Shown in pieces: positions 38,737 through 49,790 of a stretch of DNA of 64,000 bases. The DNA lies in the NCBI GenBank assembly GCA_003971905.1, contig RSEE01000109.1:124001-188000 (forward strand), written 5' to 3'. A program made the translations under genes and the position numbers. The stretch is from Moniliella sp. 'wahieum'. Its lineage: Eukaryota. Below the pieces are notes generated by a model. The model searched no databases. It had not been told where the DNA came from and saw nothing but the letters and a program-made list of their open reading frames with translations. Position 1 is the stretch's first letter. Every line of letters starts with the position of its first letter.

Positions 38737-39487
38737 GGTTGCCACGCAATCGCGTTGACGGTGAAGCTTGAAGGCTTGGAGCATTAACAGAAGGAAGAAG
38801 TGGGCGCCTGTTCTGGTGTAGCTCTTTTTCCCTTGTGTTCCCATCAGTGCCTAAGGACGGGATGCGCCAACGTCTCAAGTTTGCCTCCAGCCATAGCAGG
38901 GTATAGCCTGGTGTAGCCTGCCAGTATGGCTTCCACGGCCAGCGATAGCTGGACCCCTTCAGAGATGGCTGGACAAAATCCGTTAAGCGCATAGTGCGTG
39001 ACGCCGTGTGACAGCGTGAAGAGCTAGCTCGAGATCTGAGATCGGAGAAGAAAAAAAAAAGACTTCTGGCGCTGGAAGAGCGAAACGCAAACTCAGCCTC
39101 TGACGATCTTACGGGCTCAACGTTCGGCAGGCACGTTCAGTCGATCCGTTCAACGTTCGACGTACCGCGTACGTACGCTCAGCCGCTCAACGGTTCAACC
39201 GAACGCAAAATAAGCCCGGGGGATTTATAGTCGCACACCCCCTGCCTAGCCCGCAATCGCGAAAGCTGTGGCCCGTGCACAAATCCTAATGATATTGACC
39301 CGCCCCTGCGCATGCCATAAGTCGAATTATCCCGCACAGGGCCAGTGTGCGCCATGCCACTTTTTTTTTTTTTACCCCGTCGCCTCTATCACGCCTGGAC
39401 CGCCAGTATCCGCCCAGCGGTCTGTGGTTGAAAAGGCGCACGAAGGTGGGTTGGACGCCTGCATCCTCACCGCCTCCTCTCCTCGCC

Positions 39488-41333
39488 ATGCCTTCCCAAG
39501 AGCGCCAGCCCTCATTGCGGGCACCGAGCGCAGCTACAGCGCCGTGGAGGCTCAGCCCGACGCTCCCATCTCCGCCGAAGAGATCGCGCAGGAGAGCGCG
39601 TTCGAGGCCAGTACGTCTACCCCTCTTCCTCCTTGACCCCACAAGCAGGGTTGCTGACCTGACCTCCTCCTCCAGTCCAAGCCGCTGAGCATGGTGTCGA
39701 TCCCGACTCGTCTGCCTTTGTGCCTCATGTCTCGCGCGTGTCGTTGCGTGGTGTTCCGGAGGAGCCTAGTCTGCCAGCCAAGTCGGAGGTGCTGGTCATC
39801 CTGAGCGCCCTGTGGATTGGCAGTTTCCTCGCTGCTTTGGACGGGACGATTGTGGCCACCATCTTGGGCACTGTCGGTTCGGAATTTAACGTGTCCAAGG
39901 AGATCTCGTGGCTGGGCACTTCGTACCTGCTGACTCAGACTGGCTTCCAGCCCCTGTACGGCAAGTGTTCGGACATTTTTGGCCGCAAGCCCGCCACTCT
40001 GTTTGCTTCGGCCGTCTTCCTTCTTGGCTCGCTGCTCTGTGGTCTGTCGCGCACCTTTACCCAGCTCTGCCTCGCCCGTGCTCTCGCCGGTATTGGCGGT
40101 GGTGGTCTGACCACGATGGCGACCATTGTTACGTCGGACCTCGTGTCGCTGAAAGAGCGTGGCACGTATCAAGGCTTTGGCAACTTGGTTTACGCTGTCG
40201 GTGCCTCGGTGGGTGGCCCGTTGGGCGGTGCCTTGGCGGACGGTGGCCTTGGCTGGCGTTGGGCTTTCCTGATCCAAGTGCCGCTGTGCATGATCCACTT
40301 TGGCGTTGTCTCGGCCAAGGTCAACATCCCTCCTGGCCCCGGCTCGATGATTGAGAAGATTAAGCGGATCGATGCGCTGGGTGGCGTGACGCTCGTTTCG
40401 TCTGTCTCGCTTGTGCTGCTGGCCATGTCGCTCGGTGGCAACACGCGCCCCTGGTCGGACGGACTGGTGCTCTTTTCCCTCTTTGGTGGTCTGGCTTTGG
40501 CGGTATGCTTTGTGGTGGTGGAGAAGTACGTGGCACGCGAGCCTCTTATGCCCCTCCGTGTCCTCTTCCGTCGCACTCCGGGCGCCGTCGCGCTTGCTGC
40601 CCTCTTCACGTCGGTCAGTCAGTTTGGTATCCTGTTCAACATCCCGCTCTACTTTACCACCATTGAGCGCACCTCGTCGTCGTATGCTGGTCTCCACCTG
40701 ATTCCCAACTCGGTCCTTGCTTCGTCCTGCTCGATGGGCAGTGGCCTGATCATGGCCTGGACCGGACGGTACAAGCTGATGCTGCTCATTGTCTCGGCTG
40801 CCGCCGCCGTGGGCCCACTGGGTATGCTGTTCTGGCACCAGGGCACGTCGGAGTGGTTCTACTGGGCCATGATGCCCTGGAACGGTATTGGCTTTGGTGG
40901 GATTCTGACCATCACGCTCGTTGCGCTCATTGCCTCGGTCGACCCGGCCGATATGTCGGCCGCGACGGGGATGACGTACCTTTTCCGTGCCGTTGGCTCG
41001 ATCAGCGGTGTGTCGGTGTCGCAGGCCATCCTGCAGGCGCGCCTTCAGACCACCCTCTCGGCCGCCGGGCTTAAGCCCAAGATCGTCTCGGCGATCCGGG
41101 ACGATGTGAATGTGATTGGCACCTTGCCCCACAAGCTGCAGCAAGCAGCCATTGGCGCCTACACCCAGTCCCTCCGCTCGGTCTTCCTCTTGATTTTCCT
41201 CACGGCCGTGTGCGCCTTCCTGGCCACGATCCCCATCCAGGAATTCGCCCTGCCCGGCGCCAAGCCTGCTGCCGCAGCCCCCGCACGCGAGGCTGCCATC
41301 GCTGAGGAAGAGGAGCCTGCTGAGCAGCAGTAA
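39488..41333 (+). CDS. MFS transporter, 14-TMS DHA2/Vba-like (vacuolar basic amino acid or drug transporter)
   Basis: MPSQERQP...; intron 39611-39675; FLAALDGTIVAT, WLGTSYLL, QPLYGKCSDIFGRK, RALAGIGGGG, SDLVSLKERGTYQG, GWRWAFLIQVP, EPLMP. Confidence 0.93.
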
Positions 41334-42026
41334 GTTTCCTCTTTTCTTTTTCCTAGTGCTCGCTTTCTTCCCCCCTCCCACTCAAAATACCCTTCCCTCT
41401 CCCGAGGAGGTAATTGGATCATGTGATCGACCAGATCGATTGGCATACTTCGCACAAACTCGTTCATGCAGCACCGCGGGACTTGGAAGGGAAATAAGGA
41501 GATTAGTGAGAGAGAAGCGGGGGATCAAACGACCACCGCGGCTGGCAAGTCGGCCAGGGTAATGGCTGCCACCCTCAGTTTATATACCACACGCATTCGC
41601 TTCCTACTAGTACTACTCAATGGTCGCACGATCGTGTCGCGGCACATACCACCGAGCCGCCTGCTTCCATTTCGAGTAGTACTATGCCTGGATTCCAACT
41701 CAAAAATCTACGATGAAAAAGCGTTGGGTACATTCCATACACCGCTATGACGCGCTGGAACAGCCTGAGAGTAGCCGACCTCTTGTAACAGCAAGCAGTA
41801 CAGTTGACTTTGGGCTTGCCAACCTATACTTGTCTACTAAGTATGTGCTATGTCCCAGCAGTTGGATCCCACAACCAAAATAATAGAGGGGAATACCGAG
41901 TGGTATGATTCTTAGATATGAGAGGTGTAGCAGGAGGCTTGACAGAGAGAGGAACGTTGGAACGAATCGTAGCGCAAGCGTGCGTGTCATCAGTTTTCGG
42001 GGCCGAGGGAGGATGGAGGGAAGGGC

Positions 42027-44025
42027 TTAGGCGGCGTTGTTGGCAGCAGACAGGGCAGCCTGGCGCTTAAGAGCCGGAGGCGAGTCGCCACGGGGGAGGA
42101 AGACCTCGACGACGTGGGCCTTGTCAGCCTTGTTGAACGACGGGTCGGTCAGCAGCTTCTCCAGCTCAGCCTTGGTGTGGATGGCGTGGTACTGCGTCTT
42201 GGACATGATCGGGTCCGTGGCGTGCGAAGGCACGTTGGGCTTGGTCCAGGTAGGCGGGGGCGTGAGGAAGTCAATCAACTTGGTGTGGTTCCAGATCGCA
42301 ATGTCGTTGTAGAACTCGTCGGGGCCAAAGATTTGGCGCTCAATTTCGTATCCGTCGTTGTTGAGGATAAAGATGAGAGGCGTCAGACCGTGACGGAAGA
42401 CCGTGCCGAGCTCCTGGGCCGTAAGCTGCAGCGAGCCATCGCCAATGAAGTGGACCGTGCGGCCAGGACGCTGGGGGTTGTGCTGCTGCAGTTGGCGCAG
42501 GCCAAGGGCGGCACCCAGAACAGCGCCACCAGTGAAGCCAATCGAGCCCCAGAGCATCTGGGCGATCAGCTTGGCGTTCGGGAACGTCACGTCGATCAGA
42601 CCGAACGACGAGTACCGGTCTCACCAAGCACAACATCGCCCTCCGGAAGAACTGGCCCATCCGGGGCCAGAAGTAGCCCTGGGTGATGACGTCCTTGGAC
42701 TTGAAGGCAGCTGCGCCGCCGAGGCGCGAGAGGGTAAGCTCATCCAGCTCCTGGATCTGCTCGTCCACCGAGGGAAGAGCGTTGAGGGTGAGGGAGCGGA
42801 CGGGCGCCAAAGAGACTTGGTGACGGCCAGGCGCTTCTCAGCCATGCCAGCGAAGGCAGCAGTCAGCTTGGGCAGGAGCCACTTCATCTTGATGTCCTCA
42901 AAAACGGCATAGCCAATCTTGGTGTGGTCCGAGTGGAGCTCGATGGTGGCCGTGCGCTTGGTACGGTAGGAGAAGGAACCCGTGTTGTAGTCCGAAAGGA
43001 GACCACCAATCGAGAGGATCAAGTCGGAAGCCTCGACAATTTCCTTGACGGCAGGCTTGCTCAAGCTGCCAAGGTAGACACCACCGAACTGGGCGTTGTT
43101 GAGCTCAGTCACAACCGTCTTGCCCATGGGAGTGGTGAAGACAGGGAGGCCAGTCACATCGGCAAACTTGCGGGTCTCCTCAACCACGTTGTGGCGCGAG
43201 GCGCAAGCGTCGACCAGGATGATCGGCTGGGTAGCAGCCTTGACGCGCTTGATGATCTCGTCAAGCACGTTGCGCTCAATCTCCTCGTTGTTGGGCGAGA
43301 CGGTGGTCTGGAGCTTGTACTCTTGCAGGCGCTTGGCAGCCGTAACGGGCAGGGGGAGGTCGACCATGTTGGAAGGGTAGCCAATGTAGACGGGGAGGGA
43401 GCGGGACACGCAGAACTCGAGGATCGAGTCAATGGCGCGGCAAGCGTCAAGGCCAGTGGTGATGTCCTCCGCCTTGGTGCCCTTGGGGATCAGGGGCAGA
43501 CGGCCCTCACGGTGCATCTGGTACAGGTCAAGCTGCGCACCCGTGATCTGACGGGCCATGTTGAGGAAAGCGTCGAACTTGTGGTCACCTAGGAAGCACA
43601 AGCGGTCAGATGAAAATCCAGCAATGCAAAGGAAGAGGGGGCAAACATACCCAGCGTGTGGTGAAGCAAAAGACCCTCGTCCTGAGCCTTGGTCGAGGGA
43701 GTGCCGACAATGTGGATGACGGGCAGGCGCTCAGCCATGCTGCCACCAAGGGCGTTGCAGGCGCTCAGCTCACCGACACCGAAGGTGGTGGTGAGCACGG
43801 CAGGGCGCGGGTGGCCCTCGGAGAGCACACGGGCGAGACCCGTCGGCGAGTAACCAGCGTTGAGCTCGTTGGAGTTGCCGATCCAGCCGAGGCCGCACTC
43901 ACGCCAGCGGGTGAGCATGGCAAGGGTAAAGTCGCCAGGGAGGCCCTGGACGAACTCAACTCGAGCTGCTTCAAGCGCTCGCAGAGGTAGTCGGTGAGGG
44001 TGATGGTGCCAGCAACCGGGGCCAT
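42027..44025 (-). CDS. PDC1: Pyruvate decarboxylase (ThDP-dependent); frameshifted
   Basis: MAPVAGTITLTDYLCERLKQL; WIGNSNELNAGY; TTFGVGELSA; LLHHTLG, intron 43589-43650; LWGSIGF; ThDP motif GDGSLQLTAQE...NNDGY. Confidence 0.95.
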
Positions 44026-45723
44026 GGGATGGGGGTGGGTGGAAGTGCTCGAGATGTACGCGGGGGACGGTGGGGCGGGTGGGGTCGGCGAGGCGGGCGG
44101 GGGGAGGGGCGTTCTTATACTGCGGCGGGGTGTGGGTGCGTCATGCGGGCGATCGGCGTGGATGTGCCAGACGCAATGCTGGACGCTGGCCAGCGGCGGC
44201 GACGGTGGGTCGACATTCGCCCAGCGCTGGCTGCCGAGCCAGAGAAGCGAGCAGTTTAATTGGGAGGTTTAACTCCCGCCCGGCATGGCGCCAGTGCCAC
44301 CCACCCCCCTTTCCACGCACGGGGGCACTCTTCCGTCCGACTCCGCCTGGGTTTTGAGTGCCTCTGCGCTGCCTCTGCGCGAGAATACCTCCTCAGCAGA
44401 GTCCTCTGAATGGCCCATCCTGCATCCCCCGCTTCCAGATCGCTGCGGCCCAGACGCACCACGGGCACCATCCGCCATCACCACATCACCAGTCTGCTAT
44501 CATCTGCCCGCCCACTCTTAATTTCTGGCGCAGTGCCTCTGAGCTAACCTCGCCCCTGCCCCTTTGCAAATATCAAACTGCATACCTCAGCATGTGTTGC
44601 TCACATGTCACACGACAGCAGAGGCACAGCAGCAGACACCGCAGCCCGTTACCCCATCAACAACGCAAGTGGGCGCAGCTCCATTATATACAGCAGAAAC
44701 CCAAACTTGCGATTCGACGGACACCTTTTGATGGTTGCCCCATTCAAAATCCTACGGCCTCACCGGCCTCACCCTGCCTCATCGGCACCTCTCCCGGATC
44801 TCTCGTCTTATAGTCAAAGCGTTATTCCCCAAGGGCTCATTGAACGTTGAACGCGGTACAGCTTGACCCGCGTCCTCAAGCGGCTTACTAAGTAGGAGTT
44901 CTAAGTGCATTGGTAATCTAACACCTCAGTTGTGGGAGTATGTGTGCGCAGAGAGCACCACACCCGTGTAGAGTGTTTGTGAGTATGTGAGCTTCGTGTA
45001 ACGTGTATTTCATCTCATCGATCATCCTACTCTGTCCACTCTGAAGGAAGGAGGTAGAGGCACGCATATCGTGCATCTTCACGACCAGATGTGGCTTAGC
45101 GCTTATATTGTGAAAGAGTGCACCACATACACGCGCACGTTAATAAAGAACGGTTCATTGCTCTCTGCAACAGCACTGATCCTCACTAGGAAAAAAAACA
45201 CTCTCCCTTGGTTCACACCACTTCAGCTACAACCGGCAACTGCTGTTCCTGTGATCCTGAATAGATGGTTGGAGCTGATGGATGGTTGACGATTCCATGA
45301 ATTGTTTTCGAGCGTGTGAGGGAGTGGCCGGGTGACTTAGGATTAGCATGCAGCTGTGATACAAAGGGACGAGTTATGATGCGTGCCACGATGAGTGCTG
45401 AGGTTCAGCTCGCATCCTGAGCGCCTTAGGCAGTCGGGTACCACACAGACGTCAGTCAGGGCCTGAGCGCCTGAGCTTCCTCATCAGAATCAGAACAACA
45501 AGATCAGGAGCAACTGTACCCACGTTCAGCTTATCCGTTTCAGATCTCGGCACCATTTGCAGCTTCTCTCCTTGCGCAACATGGTAACAGCCACACCATT
45601 TTGCTCGTGAGAGATCAGTAGGATGCATATAAACATGATGGGAAGTAATACTTCTTCATTGCGCGCAAGAAGATCAACAGGCTGATGCATCATAGTTGCT
45701 TCATCAGTACACAACAGCGTTAC

Positions 45724-45913
45724 TATTACATTGGGGAGCAAAAGCAGGAGGAAACCAGGGTCGAGACAAGGTTGAGGAATGTAACAATCGTTCTGGGGGG
45801 AAGAAGTAAGAGCGAGGACAAGGAGCAAAGATGAAGAACAGGGAAAGCAATAGACGCTCGAGAGGAAGACATTGAGAGTGGGAGCATATTATTCATGCGG
45901 CCAAACTACGACA
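45724..45913. mobile_element. Diverged second copy of the miniature solo LTR
   Basis: Colinear blocks shared with 37523-37703: ACCAGG.TCG, CAATCGTTC, GGGGAAGAAG, GAGGACA, GAACAGGGAA, AGACGCTCGAGA, TGGGAGC, GCCAAACTA.GACA. The left end has decayed to TATTACA and the TSD no longer matches (GTTAC/ACCAC). Confidence 0.8.
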
Positions 45914-46951
45914 ACCACACTGATGCGCCACACTAGAGTTGAGCGAACCGCGTGCCCCATATCAGTTGTGATAGCGCTTATATAACATCGCCCCACTCAC
46001 ACTAGTACTCATGGCCATGCAAAGTGAGCCCCATCCTTTTTCTCTTCATGGATGGGATTGTGGAATACGTACGCGGGGCCTGTTTGAGCTAGGGAGACCC
46101 CAGAGGCAGATGAGTTTTCTGGCAAGGCTCTCATATTATACTGTTGCCAATGGAAAACCAAATGCGTTTCAGATTTGTTTGGAAAGATCTGTTGTATAAA
46201 AAGCTGTGCCGTAGATGTGCACACATTTATAGGGGCGGTGGGCTTACATGGCCCTCCCTGTGACTGTGGAACATCGTTGATCAGGGCTTCAAGTCGGATT
46301 CCAGGGGCACGAAAACGAACGAGATAGAGGAGTACTACTTATAGAAGAGAAGCAGTAGGGGCATTGGTGTTTTTTTGTTGTGGAGGAGAGAAAAGATCAC
46401 ATGAGAAACCGTGGGAGTATATTACAGTGTAATCAATGGGCTATTGTTTGCCCCACCGTCAACGATCGATGCTTGTTGCTCTGCGTGGTGGGAGAGGAGG
46501 CGGGGGGCGGGGTGGCTGAGATCTGGCCGGGCAGGGCTGGGTTGGGCAAGAAGGCTGGCAGCTTACGCTACAGCCCATACTCACCGCGGCTGTTCAGCCT
46601 GGGTCAGCACGGCCCGCACGGCGCCAGCCACCTGGCCCCACCCGGCGCCAACACTGCGGCTGTGCACAGGCCATTTGTAATGACACCCCCCGCCACTGCC
46701 GCACTGCGCAGCGCTCAGCCCAGCCGCCCCGCCCAGCGGCTGTGTTCGCCATCACGCGTCGCCTCCGTGGTTCGACAGCACCCCCATGGGGCCAGTGTGT
46801 GCCCGCGGCGCTGGCTGCTGGCCGCACCAGGCGTGTCACCCATGTCCTGCATGTCACCGCCCATGGACTGAATCCACCAGGCGGTTGCTGATAATTGCTG
46901 CGATAACCGCTCCCTGCCCTCCTCTCCCCAACCATCCCGCGGAGTGTTGCC

Positions 46952-49433
46952 ATGCTCGCTGCCCCGCTTCTCCGCACTCCCCTCCGCCGCGCCCCCCCTT
47001 GGCCGGCACCCGCATCCCCCTCGCCGCCCGCGGCTACGCCTCGGCCACTGTCGCCGAGCAGGTGGCCGACGTGGACCCCGCCATGTTTGGCGAGAAGGTC
47101 GAGATGTCGCCGCTCGAGGTGGGCAAAGGCCACTTTATCAACTACAAGCGCATCTACGACACCTCCAGGTTGTCAAGGAACGCCTCAACCGGCCCCTGAC
47201 TATGTCGGAGAAGATTCTCTACGGCCACCTGGACGACCCCCATACCCAGGACATTGAGCGTGGTGTCTCCTACCTCAAGCTCCGCCCGGACGTATGTGGC
47301 TCCGCCCTGCTCTCCTCCATCCTCTTGCCTTGACTGACCGTTTTGATGCTCCTCTCCAGCGCGTTGCCTGCCAGGACGCCACGGCCCAGATGGCTCTGCT
47401 GCAGTTCATGTCGGCTGGTCTCCCCAAGACAGCTGTCCCCCCACTGTGCACTGTGACCACTTGATCCAGGCCCAGGTGGGCGGCGAGGCTGACCTTGCTC
47501 GTGCCAAGCAGATCAATAAGGAGGTGTACGATTTCCTCGCTACCTGCACGGCCAAGTACGGGATTGGCTTCTGGAAGCCTGGCTCGGGTATCATCCACCA
47601 GATCATTCTCGAGAACTACGCTTTCCCCGGTGGTCTCATGATTGGTACCGACTCGCACACGCCTAACGCGGGTGGTCTCAACATGATTGCTTGCGGTGTG
47701 GGTGGTGCCGATGCGGTGGACGTGATGGCCAACTTGCCCTGGGAGCTCAAGTGCCCTAAGGTGGTGGGCGTGGAGCTGAAGGGCAAGCTCTCCGGCTGGA
47801 CCGCTCCCAAGGACGTGATTCTCAAGGTGGCTGGTGAGCTTACAGTCAAGGGCGGCACGGGCGCCATCATTGAGTACAAGGGCACCGGTGTCTCGTCGCT
47901 CTCGGCGACTGGCATGGCCACCATCTGCAACATGGGTGCTGAGATTGGTGCTACCACCTCGCTTTTCCCCTTCAATGAGCGCACTGAGGCCTACCTAAAG
48001 GCGACCAAGCGTGGTGACATTGCCGCCTACGCCTCCAAGTTCCAGAAGTACCCCTTCCCGATTCGGACGCTTCGTACGACAAGCACATCACCATTGACCT
48101 TGACACCCTCGAGCCTCACATCAACGGCCCTTTCACTCCCGATCTGGCTACCCCGATTTCCAAGTTTGCTGAAGCGGTCAAAAAGAATGACTGGCCCGAA
48201 GAACTCAAGGTGGCGCTTATTGGTTCGTGCACCAACTCGTCGTATGAGGACATGAGCCGTGCTGCGTACATTGCTGCTGAGGCTGAGTCCCACGGCCTCA
48301 AAACCGTTTCGGGCTACACGGTCACCCCCGGCTCGGAACAGATTCGTGCTACGATTGAGCGGGATGGCCAGATGGAGACTCTGGAGAAGGCTGGAGGTAT
48401 CGTGCTTGCGAATGCGTGCGGCCCCTGCATTGGTCAGTGGGACCGCAAGGACGTGGCAAAGGGCGAGAAGAACTCGATCATCACGTCGTACAACCGTAAC
48501 TTTACTGGCCGCAACGATGCCAACCCGGCTACGCACGCCTTTGTTGCTTCGCCCGACATGGTGACGGCCATGGCCTTTGCCGGCCGCTTGACCTTCAACC
48601 CCTTGACGGACTCGCTCAAGGGGGCCGATGGGAAGGAGTTCAAGTTCTCCGAACCCAAGGGCATTGAGCTCCCCGCCAAGGGCTACGACCCTGGTGAGAA
48701 CACGTACCAAGCCCCGCCTGCCGACGGTGCTTCTATCAATGTTGCGATCGACCCCGAGTCGGACCGTCTGCAGAAGCTTTCGCGCCGTTTGCCAAGTGGG
48801 ACGGGAAGAACCCCACGGGTCTGCCGATCCTCATCAAGGCCAAGGGCAAGTGCACTACGGACCACATCTCGGCTGGTGGGCCTTGGCTCAAGTACCGTGG
48901 CCACTTGCAGAACATCTCGAACAATTGCCTGATTGGTGCAATCAACGAGGCGAACGGTAAGGCCAACGAGGTTCTGAACCACTACACGGGTGAATGGGAC
49001 GCCGTGCCCGCAACGGCGCTGTACTACCGCGAGAATGGTCACCCTTGGGTGGTGATTGGGGACGAGAACTATGGCGAGGGCTCGTCGCGTGAGCACGCTG
49101 CGTTGGAGCCGCGGTACCTCGGTGGTCGCGCGATCATTACCCGCTCCTTTGCCCGCATCCACGACCAACCTCAAGAAGCAAGGCATGCTCGCGCTGACGT
49201 TCAAGGACCCCAAGGACTACGACAAGATCAAGTCCACGGACATTGTCGACCTGGAGGGCGTGACGGAGATGGCGCCGGGCTCTACGATCACCCTGGTTGC
49301 GCACCACGCGGACGGGTCGGAGGATAAGGTCCCGCTTGCCCACACATACAACGAGGGCCAGATCGAGTGGTTCAAGGCGGGTTCGGCGCTGAACCTGATG
49401 GCTGCGCAGGCCAAGGCCCGTGCTTCAAGCTGA
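46952..49433 (+). CDS. ACO1: Mitochondrial aconitate hydratase; frameshifted
   Basis: Presequence [19 protein letters not shown], intron 47292-47359, [73 protein letters not shown]. Confidence 0.97.
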
Positions 49434-49790
49434 AATGCGCCGCGGCGGGACACGCTCTTGCTCTGGGGCATGTAAGTTCGTCTTCTTCAATGCTATCGAT
49501 ATTGTTTTATTGTGGTGAATGTGGTTCCTGTCGTGCGCAGTAGCTGGACGAAGCAACAGTGTCGGTCAAGCCGGTGCTGACGGGGGGGCAGGACGAGAGG
49601 GCTACACAGGGGGACAGTTGCTGGGGTTATATAGCGGTTGTTGACCGCCGATCTGGAGAGCAGACGGGGTGAAATGTTCAGCGCGGGTGGGCAATTTTTT
49701 CGGACGACGCTGGCGAGCAATGAGGAAAGAGAGGAATCAAGTGCGTAATGAAGCAGTCTTGCCACCATCTCCTCCCACCCGCCGGCCCGC

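Noticed and set aside
39552..41381. 609-aa antisense ORF over the MFS gene, and similar long antisense ORFs over MSH1, PDC and the Num1-like gene
   Set aside because: Shadow ORFs expected from strong GC3 codon bias. No recognisable domains.
41784..41944. Possible solo LTR TGTAACAG...GCTTGACA
   Set aside because: Poor terminal inverted repeat, flanks (CCTCT/GAGAG) do not form a TSD, and there is no second copy in the window.
37523..45913. One composite retroelement carrying the MFS and PDC genes between the two mini-LTRs
   Set aside because: The first copy has its own perfect TSD on both sides and the copies are strongly diverged, indicating independent insertions.
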